A stretch of 64,000 nt of DNA from Gammaproteobacteria bacterium (GCA_036381515.1 DASVCR010000054.1:6811-70810), one strand, 5' to 3'. Shown: positions 1 to 8,943, counted from the stretch's first letter. The notes: generated by a model not told the origin, from the letters alone. Numbers and translations: made by a program.

Positions 1-283
1 GCAGCTCGGTGCCGTCGCTCGGCAACCCCGGCGCCGCCGCTCGACCGGCCTCGGGCGGCCGATCGGAGGCCTCGATCGCCGTCGCTCGGCGGTTTCGGCC
101 GCGAGGGGGAGTCGTCCGCAGCGCGTCTCGTGCACGTGGCTGGCGGGCTTTCCAGCCCGCCGGCGTCCCACGCTGGCCGTTCGCTGCGGGAGCGCGTATC
201 CTCCCGAATTGCGGGAACTTTCACGCAGCCGGGGTGGCCGATCCTAGCTGCTCCGAGTCACGTGACCCGCGTCGGACCCGACG

Positions 284-289
284 TATAAT
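284..289 (+). promoter_or_regulatory. Putative sigma70 -10 element for the cyclase gene
   Basis: Perfect TATAAT 40 bp upstream of ATG 329 in a GC-rich context; -35 weak. Confidence 0.45.
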
Positions 290-328
290 CCCGCTGACCT
301 CGCCCCCGCTTGGGCGCAGAAGGAAGCC

Positions 329-1231
329 ATGGGTAGGGAAGTCGAAGTTGCGATCCTGTTCGCCGACGTGGTGGGCAGCACGCAGCTTTACGAACAACTC
401 GGCGACGACAAGGCCCGCGAGATGGTGGGCCGGTGCCTCGCGATCATGCGCGAGGCGACCGAGACCTCGAACGGTACCGTCATCAAGACGATGGGCGACG
501 AGGTCATGTCGACCTTCCCGACGGCCGACGACGCGATGACCGCCGCGCGGCGCATGCAGGAGCGGATCTCGGCCGCGTCGGAGCTCGTCCACGAGAACGG
601 CCGCGTCGCGATCCGCATCGGTTGCCATTTCGGCCCGGTCGTGCAGGAGCAGCGCGACATCTTCGGCTCGGCCGTGCACATCGCGAATCGGATGACGAGC
701 CAGGCGAAGGCGAAGCAGATCGTCACGACGCTGTCGACGGTCGAGCGGCTGTCGCCCGAATGGCGCTCGATCGCGCGCCAGATCGACGTCGCGACCGTGC
801 GCGGCAAAGCCGACGAGGTGATCCTGTTCGAGGTGCTGTGGCAGCCGGAAGAGGCGACGAGCATGCTGCCGACGGTGCCGTGGAGCAAGAAGGCGAACTC
901 GCGTCCGAAGCGGTTGAGCCTGCGCTACCAGGGCAAGGAGATCCTGGTCGGCGAGGGGCGCAAGAGCGTGACGCTCGGCCGCGCCGAGGACAACGACCTC
1001 GTCGTGAAGGGAAATCTGATCTCGCGGCTGCACGCCCGCGTCGAGGCGAGCCGCGACAAGTTCACGTTATTCGACGAGAGCACGAACGGCACGTTCGTGC
1101 GCACCGACTCCGGCGAGGAGATCTTCGTTCGCCGCGACAGCACGCAGCTCACGGGCGAGGGCGTGATCGGCCTCGGCCGCGCCGCGCAGCCCGGCACCGC
1201 GCTTGCGGTGCACTACGTCGTCGAAGACTGA
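329..1231 (+). CDS. Class III adenylate/guanylate cyclase domain protein with C-terminal FHA domain
   Basis: FADVVGST and KTMGDEVM metal-binding Asp motifs, IRIGCHFGPV, DIFGSAVHIANR; FHA motifs LGR, ISRLHA, STNGTFV. Confidence 0.9.
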   Translation: MGREVEVAILFADVVGSTQLYEQLGDDKAREMVGRCLAIMREATETSNGTVIKTMGDEVMSTFPTADDAMTAARRMQERISAASELVHENGRVAIRIGCHFGPVVQEQRDIFGSAVHIANRMTSQAKAKQIVTTLSTVERLSPEWRSIARQIDVATVRGKADEVILFEVLWQPEEATSMLPTVPWSKKANSRPKRLSLRYQGKEILVGEGRKSVTLGRAEDNDLVVKGNLISRLHARVEASRDKFTLFDESTNGTFVRTDSGEEIFVRRDSTQLTGEGVIGLGRAAQPGTALAVHYVVED

Positions 1232-1328
1232 ACGCTGACCGCTGCGTCGTCTGCTGAAGAGTGCGCGCCGTCGGTAGACGGCGGCGGCTGCGTGCTCGTG
1301 TGCGCCGGGCCTGGCGCCGGTCGATCGC

Positions 1329-1439
1329 GCGTGTCGTCGGCATGCGCTTTCCGCGGCACGCGGGAAGAACGTCCTGCCGCTCGGCGGCGGCCATCCATGG
1401 CCGCCGAACGGCCGCCGAAAGCGCATGCCGACGACACGC
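1329..1439. repeat. Perfect 23-bp inverted repeat with 65-nt spacer containing an inner 10-bp hairpin
   Basis: GCGTGTCGTCGGCATGCGCTTTC (1329-1351) / GAAAGCGCATGCCGACGACACGC (1417-1439); inner CGGCGGCCAT-CC-ATGGCCGCCG (1385-1406). Confidence 0.9.
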
Positions 1440-1476
1440 CGGCGCTGCCGGCGCGGTGGGTTCGATGTCGCGAGTA

Positions 1477-1518
1477 GTGTCAGACACCTTTTTCGCTTGC
1501 GAAAAAGGTGTCTGACAC
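1477..1518. repeat. REP-like palindromic doublet (type A, copy 1)
   Basis: GTGTCAGACACCTTTTTCGC-TT-GCGAAAAAGGTGTCTGACAC, perfect 20-bp stem. Confidence 0.95.
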
Positions 1519-1527
1519 AATTTTCGG

Positions 1528-3270
1528 TCAGCCGAGCGCGTCGATGACCCGCCGGTGCTCTTCCCGCAGGCGCTTCGGCAGGCGGTCGCCGAACGTGTCG
1601 AGATACGCGCCGAGATCCTTCATCTCGTCGCGCCACTGCGCCGGATCGACGGCGAGGAGCTGCGCGAGCGTCTCCGGAGAGACGTCGAGCCCGGAGACGT
1701 CGAGATCCTCCGGCCGCGGCAGATAGCCGATCGGCGTCTCGACCGCGCCGGCGCGGCCTTCGCAGCGGTCGATGATCCAGCGCAGCACGCGCAGGTTCTC
1801 GCCGTAGCCGGGCCACAGGAACCGGCCGTCCGCGTCCCGGCGGAACCAGTTCACGTGGAAGATCTTCGGCAGCGCGCGCGTGCGCTCGGCGAAGCTCAGC
1901 CAGTGCGCCCAGTAGTCGCCGTAGTTGTAGCCGCAGAACGGCTTCATCGCCATCGGATCGCGCCGCACGACGCCGACCTTGCCGGTCGCGGCCGCCGTCG
2001 TCTCGGACGCGACGCTCGCGCCGACGAGCACGCCGTGCGCCCAGTCCTTCGCCTCGTAGACGAGCGGCGCGAGCTCGCGTCGGCGGCCGCCGAACACGAG
2101 CGCGGAGATCGGCACGCCTTCGGGCGCCTCGGCGAGGCTCGAGTAGCTCGGGTTCTGCTTCGCCGAGACCGTGAACCGGGAATTCGGATGCGCGGCGGGA
2201 CCGTTCCCGGGCTTATAGGCGTTGCCGAGCCAGTCGATGACCGGCTCGCCCTCGTTCTTCTCCTCCCACCACGGCTCCATGTCCGCCGTCAACGCGACGT
2301 TCGTGAAGATCGTGTCGTGCGTGATCATGTCGAACGCGTTGCGGTTCGTCTTCCGGTTCGTACCGGGCACGACGCCGAAGTAGCCCGCCTCGGGATTGAT
2401 CGCGCGGAGCCGCCCGTCGTTACCGACATGCATCCACGCGATGTCGTCGCCGAGCGTCCACACCTTCCATCCCGCATGGCTCGCGGGCGGGATCAGCATC
2501 GCGAGGTTCGTCTTGCCGCACGCCGACGGGAACGCGCAGGCGAGGTAGTGCGTCTCGCCCTTCGGATTCTCGATGCCGACGATCAGCATGTGCTCGGCGA
2601 GCCAGCCCTCGTCGCGCGCCTGCCAGCTCGCGATGCGCAGCGCGTGGCATTTCTTGCCGAGCAGCGCGTTGCCGCCGTACCCCGAGCCGTAGCTCATGAT
2701 CGTGAGCTCCTCGGGGAAATGCATGATGTAGCGCCGCTCCGGATCGAGCTCGCCGGTGCAGTGCCAGCCCTTCACGAACGTGCCGTCCCGCTCGATGCGC
2801 TCGAGCGCGGGCTTGCCCATCCGCGTCATCAGATACATGTTCGCGACGACGTACGGGCTGTCCGTGATCTCGACGCCGCAACGCGCGTACGGCGAGTCGA
2901 TCGGGCCCATGCAGTACGGGATGACATAAAGCGTCCTTCCGCGCATCGAGCCGCGGAAGCACTCGATCATCAGCTGCTTCGCCTCGTCGGGCGGCATCCA
3001 GTTGTTGTTGGGCCCGGCATCCTCCTGGTTGCGCGTGCAGACGTAGGTCAGATGCTCGACGCGGGCGACGTCCTGCGGGTCGGAGCGGTGCAGATAGCAG
3101 CGGGGATAGGTCTTCTGGTTCAGCTCGATCAAGGTGCCGTCCGCGAGCATCTTCTTGATCAGCGAGCGATATTCCTCGTCGGAGCCATCGCACCAGTGGA
3201 TTTTGTCGGGTTGGGTAAGCTCCGCCACCTCGGCGACCCAGTCGCCGAGCGATTTGAGTCTTGTCGTCAT
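1528..3270 (-). CDS. pckG: Phosphoenolpyruvate carboxykinase (GTP)
   Basis: AFPSACGKTNLAM kinase motif, GSGYGGNALLGKKC, GDDIAW, AHPNSRF, VNWFR, WPGYGEN. Confidence 0.97.
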   Translation of the reverse strand: MTTRLKSLGDWVAEVAELTQPDKIHWCDGSDEEYRSLIKKMLADGTLIELNQKTYPRCYLHRSDPQDVARVEHLTYVCTRNQEDAGPNNNWMPPDEAKQLMIECFRGSMRGRTLYVIPYCMGPIDSPYARCGVEITDSPYVVANMYLMTRMGKPALERIERDGTFVKGWHCTGELDPERRYIMHFPEELTIMSYGSGYGGNALLGKKCHALRIASWQARDEGWLAEHMLIVGIENPKGETHYLACAFPSACGKTNLAMLIPPASHAGWKVWTLGDDIAWMHVGNDGRLRAINPEAGYFGVVPGTNRKTNRNAFDMITHDTIFTNVALTADMEPWWEEKNEGEPVIDWLGNAYKPGNGPAAHPNSRFTVSAKQNPSYSSLAEAPEGVPISALVFGGRRRELAPLVYEAKDWAHGVLVGASVASETTAAATGKVGVVRRDPMAMKPFCGYNYGDYWAHWLSFAERTRALPKIFHVNWFRRDADGRFLWPGYGENLRVLRWIIDRCEGRAGAVETPIGYLPRPEDLDVSGLDVSPETLAQLLAVDPAQWRDEMKDLGAYLDTFGDRLPKRLREEHRRVIDALG

Positions 3271-3539
3271 TGGGTATTTTCGTGGCTGAAGTGGGAGGAT
3301 GCGTGCCGGAAGTATAACGCGACGCTCGCGGAAATTGCGGTCGAGGGTTCTACGGACTCGACGGTTCGGTCCGTCCGCTGCCGCGGCGATCGGGCGTTTC
3401 GCGCGGCGGCGCGCTTCGGTTCTCTACGGTTCTTTCCGGTATCGGTACCGTCGCGGCGCCGCGCCGACGGCCGATTCCCGCGGGCGCAGGCCGGATTCGA
3501 CGCTGCGGCGGGGGCCGGCATTCGCGTTATAGTCCGCCG

Positions 3540-5459
3540 ATGCAAGCGCTCGCGGATCTGTTCGGCCCCGAAGGCGTCCTCGCGAGCCGTCTGCCCGGGT
3601 TCTCGTATCGCGAGGCCCAGGCCCGCATGGCGGACATCGTCGCGAACGCGCTCGCCGAGCGTTCGCACGTCGTGATCGAGGCCGGCACCGGCATCGGCAA
3701 GACCTTCGCGTATCTCGTGCCGGTCCTCCACTCGGGGCTCCGCGCGGTCGTCTCGACGGGCACCCGCACGCTGCAGGACCAGCTCTTCGCGCGGGACCTG
3801 CCCCGCCTCGGCCGCGTGCTCGGCCGGCCGGTGGACGTCGCGTTGCTGAAGGGACGCAACAACTATCTGTGCTGGCATCGCCTCGAGCTGATGCGCTCGA
3901 GCGGCGAAGCGGACGCCGCGACGCTCGAGACGCTCGAGGCCGTCCGGGCGTGGGCCGCCGCGGGCGGCAGCGGCGACCTGACCGAGCTCGACGATCTTCC
4001 GGAGCAGCATCCGGCCCGCGCCTGGATCACGTCGACGGTCGACAACTGCCTCGGCGGCCGCTGCGAGCACTTCGATCGATGCTTCGTCGTCGAAGCGCGC
4101 CGGCGCGCGCTCGCCGCGCAGGTCGTCATCGTGAACCACCACCTGCTGCTCGCCGACCTCGCGCTCAAGGAGTCGGGCTTCGGCGAGCTGCTGCCCGAGG
4201 CGGATGCCGTGATCGTCGACGAAGCGCACCTGCTGCCGGACGTCGCACAGCAGTTCTTCGGCGTCAGCGCATCGACCCGGGAGCTCGAGCTGATCGCGCG
4301 CGACGCGGTCGTCGAGGCGCGCGCGGCGTCCCGCTCGCGCGACGTCGAGGCGGCGGCGGACGCGTTGACGAAGGCCGCCGCCGACGCACGCATCGCGCTT
4401 TACAACGCGCCGCTCGGCCGCCTGCCGTGGGCGGCCGCCGCCGGGCTCGCCCCGCACGTCGCCGCTTGGCGTGCGCGGCTCGATGCGCTCGATGCGGCGC
4501 TCGCGCACGCCGAGCCGCCGAGCGCAGGGTTCGCGAGGCTGCGGGAGCGCTGCGAGGACGCGGCACTCCGCCTCGCGCGGATCGCAGACACCGACGACGA
4601 CGCGGGCCTTCGCTGGGTCGAGCGCACGCAGCGCACGGTGAGCGTTCACTCGACGCCGCTCGACGTCGGCGACGCGTTGTCGTCCGCGATCGACGCGCAG
4701 GGTGGAGCGTGGGTGTTCGCATCGGCGACGCTCGCGGTCGGCGACGACTTCTCGCATTTCCTGAAGCGCATCGGTCTGCCGCGCGCGGCCGGGCACGTGC
4801 TGCCGAGCCCGTTCGACTACCGCCGCAACGCGAGGCTCTACCTGCCGCAGGGCCTGCCGCCGCCCGCGCGAGGCGACTTCGTCGAGGCGCTGATGCGGAT
4901 CGTCTGGCCGCTCGTCGCGGCCGCGGGTGGCGGTGCGTTCCTGCTGTTCACGAGCTATCGCGCGCTCCATCTCGCGAGCGAGTGGATCGCGCGCCGCGAC
5001 ACGCCGGGACCGGTCCTCGTGCAGGGCAGCGGCCCGCGTCATCAGCTCCTCGAGCGGTTCCGGGAAGCGGGCGACGCGGTGCTGCTCGGCACCGGCAGCT
5101 TCTGGCAAGGGGTCGACGTGCCGGGGCCGGCGCTCAGGCTCGTCGCGATCGACAAGCTGCCGTTCGCGGTGCCGGGCGACCCGCTCGTGCAGGCGCGCCT
5201 CGACGCGATCCGGCGCGCCGGAGGCGATCCCTTCGTCGAATCGCAGCTGCCCGAGGCCGTGCTCGCGCTGAAGCAGGGCGTCGGGCGGCTGATCCGCGAT
5301 TTCGGCGATCGCGGCATCGTCGTCATCGGCGATCCGCGGCTTCGAACGCGTCCGTACGGCCGGATCTTCCTGAAGAGCCTGCCCGACATGCCGATCATCG
5401 ACGAGCTCGACGACGCGCTCGAGTTCGCGGCGTCGCTGCGAGCCGCGGCGGCGGCGTAA
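3540..5459 (+). CDS. yoaA: ATP-dependent DNA helicase, DinG/YoaA family (Fe-S)
   Basis: EAGTGIGKT Walker A, LKGRNNYLC and clustered Cys, VDEAH, FWQGVDVPG, KQGVGRLIR; adjacent to tsaB. Confidence 0.92.
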   Translation: MQALADLFGPEGVLASRLPGFSYREAQARMADIVANALAERSHVVIEAGTGIGKTFAYLVPVLHSGLRAVVSTGTRTLQDQLFARDLPRLGRVLGRPVDVALLKGRNNYLCWHRLELMRSSGEADAATLETLEAVRAWAAAGGSGDLTELDDLPEQHPARAWITSTVDNCLGGRCEHFDRCFVVEARRRALAAQVVIVNHHLLLADLALKESGFGELLPEADAVIVDEAHLLPDVAQQFFGVSASTRELELIARDAVVEARAASRSRDVEAAADALTKAAADARIALYNAPLGRLPWAAAAGLAPHVAAWRARLDALDAALAHAEPPSAGFARLRERCEDAALRLARIADTDDDAGLRWVERTQRTVSVHSTPLDVGDALSSAIDAQGGAWVFASATLAVGDDFSHFLKRIGLPRAAGHVLPSPFDYRRNARLYLPQGLPPPARGDFVEALMRIVWPLVAAAGGGAFLLFTSYRALHLASEWIARRDTPGPVLVQGSGPRHQLLERFREAGDAVLLGTGSFWQGVDVPGPALRLVAIDKLPFAVPGDPLVQARLDAIRRAGGDPFVESQLPEAVLALKQGVGRLIRDFGDRGIVVIGDPRLRTRPYGRIFLKSLPDMPIIDELDDALEFAASLRAAAAA

Positions 5460-5501
5460 ACGTTCATCGACGACGCGCCGCGTGCCAGAATCTCCGCCGC
5501 A

Positions 5502-6182
5502 ATGAATCTGCTCGCGCTCGAAACCTCGAGTCCCGTCGGCTCGATCGCGCTGCTCTGCGGCGACGACGTGCTCGAGCGCTTCATCGAGACGCCGCGCGAG
5601 CAGACCGACCTCGTGCTGCCGTTCGTCGACGACGTGCTCGACGCGGCGGGACTCGCGCTGCGCGACCTCGACGCGGTCGCGTTCGGTCGCGGTCCCGGCT
5701 CGTTCACGGGCCTGCGGATTGCCGCGGCCGTCACGCAGGGCCTCGCGTTCGCGTCGGGCGTGCCGGTCGTCGCGGTTTCGAGCCTGGAGGCGCTCGCGCA
5801 GCGCGCGTGGCGCGAGCTCGGCGTCGACGACGCGCTCGTCTGCGTCGATGCGCGGATGCGGGAAGTCTATGCCGCGCGCTACGTCGTCCGGCGGGGCCGC
5901 GCGGCGCTCCGCGGCGAGGAGCGGCTGTGTCCGCCCGAGGCGCTGGTCGCGCCGGGCGGCGTCGACGGCGACGGCTGGACGGCCGTCGGCAGCGGCTTTG
6001 CGGCGTACGCGGATGTGCTCGCGCCGCTCGCCGGCCGTGCGGCGCGCGTCGTGCCGGACCTCGTGCCGGCCGCTCGTGACCTCCTCGTCGCCGCGGCGGA
6101 CGACGTCGCGGCCGGGCGGTTCCTCGCGCCCGAGGCGGCGTTGCCGGTGTATCTGCGCGACGAGAACGCCTGGCGCCGCTAG
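5502..6182 (+). CDS. tsaB: tRNA threonylcarbamoyladenosine biosynthesis protein TsaB
   Basis: LALETSS, GRGPGSFTGLRI, DARMREVY, PVYLR. Confidence 0.96.
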   Translation: MNLLALETSSPVGSIALLCGDDVLERFIETPREQTDLVLPFVDDVLDAAGLALRDLDAVAFGRGPGSFTGLRIAAAVTQGLAFASGVPVVAVSSLEALAQRAWRELGVDDALVCVDARMREVYAARYVVRRGRAALRGEERLCPPEALVAPGGVDGDGWTAVGSGFAAYADVLAPLAGRAARVVPDLVPAARDLLVAAADDVAAGRFLAPEAALPVYLRDENAWRR

Positions 6183-6187
6183 CCCGG

Positions 6188-6237
6188 AAAATGTGTCAGA
6201 CACCTTTTTCGGCCGAAAAAGGTGTCTGACACATTTT
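6188..6237. repeat. REP-like palindromic doublet (type A, copy 2), perfect 50-bp palindrome
   Basis: AAAATGTGTCAGACACCTTTTTCGG|CCGAAAAAGGTGTCTGACACATTTT. Confidence 0.95.
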
Positions 6238-6340
6238 TCCGGCGGAATTGGGGTCAGAGCCCATTTCTCTGCGAAATCGGGGTCAGAGCCCATTTCCTGA
6301 CCGGGAAGAGGCTCGGAGGACGAGCGGCCCCTGACCCAAC

Positions 6341-6422
6341 TTGGCTAACCCCCAGCTTCAGGACGCCTTGGCTAACCCCCAACTTTAGGAAGCCTTCAGT
6401 AACCCCCAACTTCAGGAAGGCC
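6341..6422. repeat. 27-bp tandem repeat x3
   Basis: TTGGCTAACCCCCAGCTTCAGGACGCC / TTGGCTAACCCCCAACTTTAGGAAGCC / TTCAGTAACCCCCAACTTCAGGAAGGCC. Confidence 0.9.
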
Positions 6423-6712
6423 TTTTCTCGGAGATTCCGTCAGCGGAAATGGGCGCAGAGGAATCTGGGGTCAGAGCTTTCGTTCGTGCGGAAAGTGGGA
6501 AACTGAGGGCAGAGCCCGCTCTCGGAAGTTGGGGCAGAGATGGGTCAGCGCCCCTTTTCCACGGACGGAGTCTCTCGACGCAGTTTCAAGTTTTCTCTGA
6601 GCTAATTCCCAAAGGGCTCTGCCCCGATTTCCGCATGCTGGCCCTAATTGCCATGCGGCAACCGGCTCTGGCCGGATTCTCCCGGGAAAGAGCCGCCCCC
6701 AATGTCTCCGCC

Positions 6713-6818
6713 TGGCTCTGACCCGAGTTTCGTCTGGAAAAGGGCTCTGACCCGAGTTTCGTCTGGAAATGGGCTCTGACCCGAGTTTCGTCTGGAAAAG
6801 GGCTCTGACCCCAATTTC
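6713..6818. repeat. 29-bp tandem repeat, about 3.6 copies
   Basis: GGGCTCTGACCCGAGTTTCGTCTGGAAAW units starting 6713, 6742, 6771, 6800. Confidence 0.95.
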
Positions 6819-6820
6819 GG

Positions 6821-6854
6821 CGTTCACCCCTCTGTAACATTGTGAAGCTGTAAT
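6821..6854 (+). promoter_or_regulatory. Putative Pho box plus -10 for phoBRU
   Basis: CGTTCAC-CCCT-CTGTAAC (7-4-7, cf. CTGTCAT consensus) followed exactly 10 bp later by TGTAAT. Confidence 0.55.
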
Positions 6855-6886
6855 GACCGGCGCCGGTTGAGCCGAGCGATCCCGCC

Positions 6887-7579
6887 ATGACGGAAAAGAA
6901 GGTTTTGGTCGTCGAGGACGAAGAGCCGATCCGCGATCTGCTGCGTTTCAGGCTTGCGCGCGCCGGCTACGCCGTCGTGCCGGCGGCGACGGGTGCCGAG
7001 GCGCGGGCCGCGATCGCCGACACGCGTCCCGACGTCATCCTGATGGACTGGATGTTGCCGGACGTCAGCGGCCTCGAGCTCACGAGAGAGCTGAAGCGTG
7101 ACCCCGCGACGCGCGAGATTCCCGTGATCATGCTGACCGCCCGCGCGCAGGAGGACGACCGCGTCGCGGGGCTCGAGGGCGGCGCGGACGACTACGTCGT
7201 GAAGCCGTTCTCGCCGCGCGAGCTCCTCGCGCGGATCAAGGCGGTGATGCGGCGCGGCACGGTCGAGGACGACGAGCTGCTGACCGCGGGCCGCCTCGTG
7301 CTCGACCCGGCGAGTCACCGCGTGATGGTCGACGGGGAGGAGGTCGCGCTCGCGCCGACCGAGTTCAGGCTGCTCAAGTTCTTCATGGAGCATCCCGACC
7401 GCGTCTACAGCCGCGCGCAGGTCCTCGATCGCGTGTGGGGCGGCAACGTCTATGTCGAGGAGCGCACGGTCGACGTGCACATTCGGCGACTGCGTCAAGC
7501 CTTGACCCCTTTCGGATACGATAGACTCATTCGCACCGTCCGAGGGGCCGGCTACGGGTTTTCGCCGGATCGAGCGTGA
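6887..7579 (+). CDS. phoB: Phosphate regulon response regulator PhoB
   Basis: VVEDE, LMDWMLP, GADDYVVKPFSPREL, VWGGNVYVEERTVDVHIRRLR. Confidence 0.97.
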   Translation: MTEKKVLVVEDEEPIRDLLRFRLARAGYAVVPAATGAEARAAIADTRPDVILMDWMLPDVSGLELTRELKRDPATREIPVIMLTARAQEDDRVAGLEGGADDYVVKPFSPRELLARIKAVMRRGTVEDDELLTAGRLVLDPASHRVMVDGEEVALAPTEFRLLKFFMEHPDRVYSRAQVLDRVWGGNVYVEERTVDVHIRRLRQALTPFGYDRLIRTVRGAGYGFSPDRA

Positions 7580-8904
7580 GACTGCCGAACCGCTGGGTAT
7601 CGCAACTCGGGATCCTGACCGCGTGGCTCGGCGCAGCGCTGCTGCTCGGCCTGTGGTTCGGCGGCGTGAGCTGGTGGCTCGCCGGCGCGCTCGCGCTCTA
7701 CCTCGGCCACGTGCTGCGGCAGGTGTATCTGCTCGACCGCGTGCTCGAGGGCGAGAAGCGTCTGCCGAGCTTCGAGACGCGCGGCCTCTGGGCCGAAATG
7801 TTCGCCCGCGTCGACAAGATCCGTGCGAAGGCGCGCAGCCGGAAGAAGAAGTATCACCGGCTGCTGCGCGAGGTCTGGGAGAGCACGGGTGCGCTGCGCG
7901 ATGCGGGCATCATCCTGAACGCGGCGCACGAGATCCTGTGGTTCAATCCCGCGGCGACGCGCCTGCTCGGCCTCGATCCGTCGCGGGACATCGGCAACCG
8001 GATCGACAACCTCGTCCGCCACCCGGCCTTCGTCCGGCACCTGTCGAACCCGCAGGGCGAGGACGTGACGATTCCGTCGCCGCATCGGCCCGACTGCTGG
8101 CTGTCGATCACGTTGATTCCGTACGGACAGAACCAGCGGCTCGCGATCGTTCGCGACGTTACGCGGCAAATGAAGCTCGAGACGATGCGGCGCGATTTCG
8201 TCGCGAACGCGTCGCACGAGCTCAGGTCGCCGCTGACGGTGATCAGCGGCTACCTCGACGCGCTCGCGGACGACGACGAGCTGCCAAAGAGCTGGCGGCA
8301 GCCGGTCGCGGAGATGCAGCGCCAGGCGGACCGGATGACTCGAATCCTCAAGGATCTGATCGAGCTGACTCGCCTCGAGTCCGCGGAGCCGAGCGCGCGG
8401 CAGGACTTCGTCGACGTGGCCGCGCTGCTCGAGCAGATCGTCGGCGAGTTCCGCAGGCGGTCGGAAGGCAGGACGATCGAGCTCCACGTCGAGACCGACG
8501 CCGCGCTGCTCGGCAAGGAGGTCGAGATCCACTCGATCGCGTACAACCTCGTGCACAACGCCGTGCGGTTCACGCCGCCGTCCGGCCGCATCGACGTGAC
8601 GTGGCGCGCGGACGGCGACGGTGCCGCGCTCGTCGTCGCGGACACCGGCATCGGCATCCCGCAGGATCAGATTTCGCGCGTGACCGAGCGCTTCTACCGC
8701 GTCGATCCGGGCCGCTCGCGCGCGACCGGCGGCACCGGGCTCGGGCTCGCGATCGTGAAGCACGCGCTGCAGCGCCACGGCGGCACGCTCGAGATCGAGA
8801 GCCGCGTAGGCGAGGGCAGCACGTTCACGTGTCGCTTTCCGGCGGCGCGGATCGCGCATCGGGACGAGGCCGCGCGCAAGGCGTCCGCGCGGGCCGTCGT
8901 ATAG
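7576..8904 (+). CDS. phoR: Phosphate regulon sensor kinase PhoR
   Basis: N-terminal TM, PAS, DFVANASHELRSPLTVISGY H-box, ERFYRVD, GGTGLGLAIVKH. Confidence 0.96.
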   Translation: MRLPNRWVSQLGILTAWLGAALLLGLWFGGVSWWLAGALALYLGHVLRQVYLLDRVLEGEKRLPSFETRGLWAEMFARVDKIRAKARSRKKKYHRLLREVWESTGALRDAGIILNAAHEILWFNPAATRLLGLDPSRDIGNRIDNLVRHPAFVRHLSNPQGEDVTIPSPHRPDCWLSITLIPYGQNQRLAIVRDVTRQMKLETMRRDFVANASHELRSPLTVISGYLDALADDDELPKSWRQPVAEMQRQADRMTRILKDLIELTRLESAEPSARQDFVDVAALLEQIVGEFRRRSEGRTIELHVETDAALLGKEVEIHSIAYNLVHNAVRFTPPSGRIDVTWRADGDGAALVVADTGIGIPQDQISRVTERFYRVDPGRSRATGGTGLGLAIVKHALQRHGGTLEIESRVGEGSTFTCRFPAARIAHRDEAARKASARAVV

Positions 8905-8943
8905 AATTCGCCTGAGCCGCGCGAGCGCGGCGGGAGTCGGCCG

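Larger units (their letters stand above)
6245..6818. mobile_element. Putative non-autonomous element bounded by inverted arrays of GGGGTCAGAGCCC (type B) units
   Basis: Left end GAATTGGGGTCAGAGCCCATTTC x2 (29-bp period), right end GGGCTCTGACCC x4 (29-bp period) in opposite orientation; degenerate internal copies; no credible ORF; less GC-rich than flanking genes. Confidence 0.6.

Noticed and set aside
1474..1477. GTAG tag marking a classical REP
   Set aside because: Present at only one of the type A units; the others are preceded by A-tracts.
3267..6293. 1008-aa minus-strand ORF and similar long antisense ORFs (e.g. 1555-3675, 7552-9633, 52130-54328, 55593-57644)
   Set aside because: Shadow frames of well-supported genes in high-GC DNA; Arg/Ala-rich with no motifs.
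6184..6818. CRISPR array
   Set aside because: Units are head-to-tail with no unique spacers, orientation flips within the region, and no cas genes are in the window.
6222..6888. Small ORFs in the tsaB-phoB spacer
   Set aside because: They are translations of the DNA repeats (e.g. recurring NWGQSPF, LGSEP), with no RBS or coding bias.
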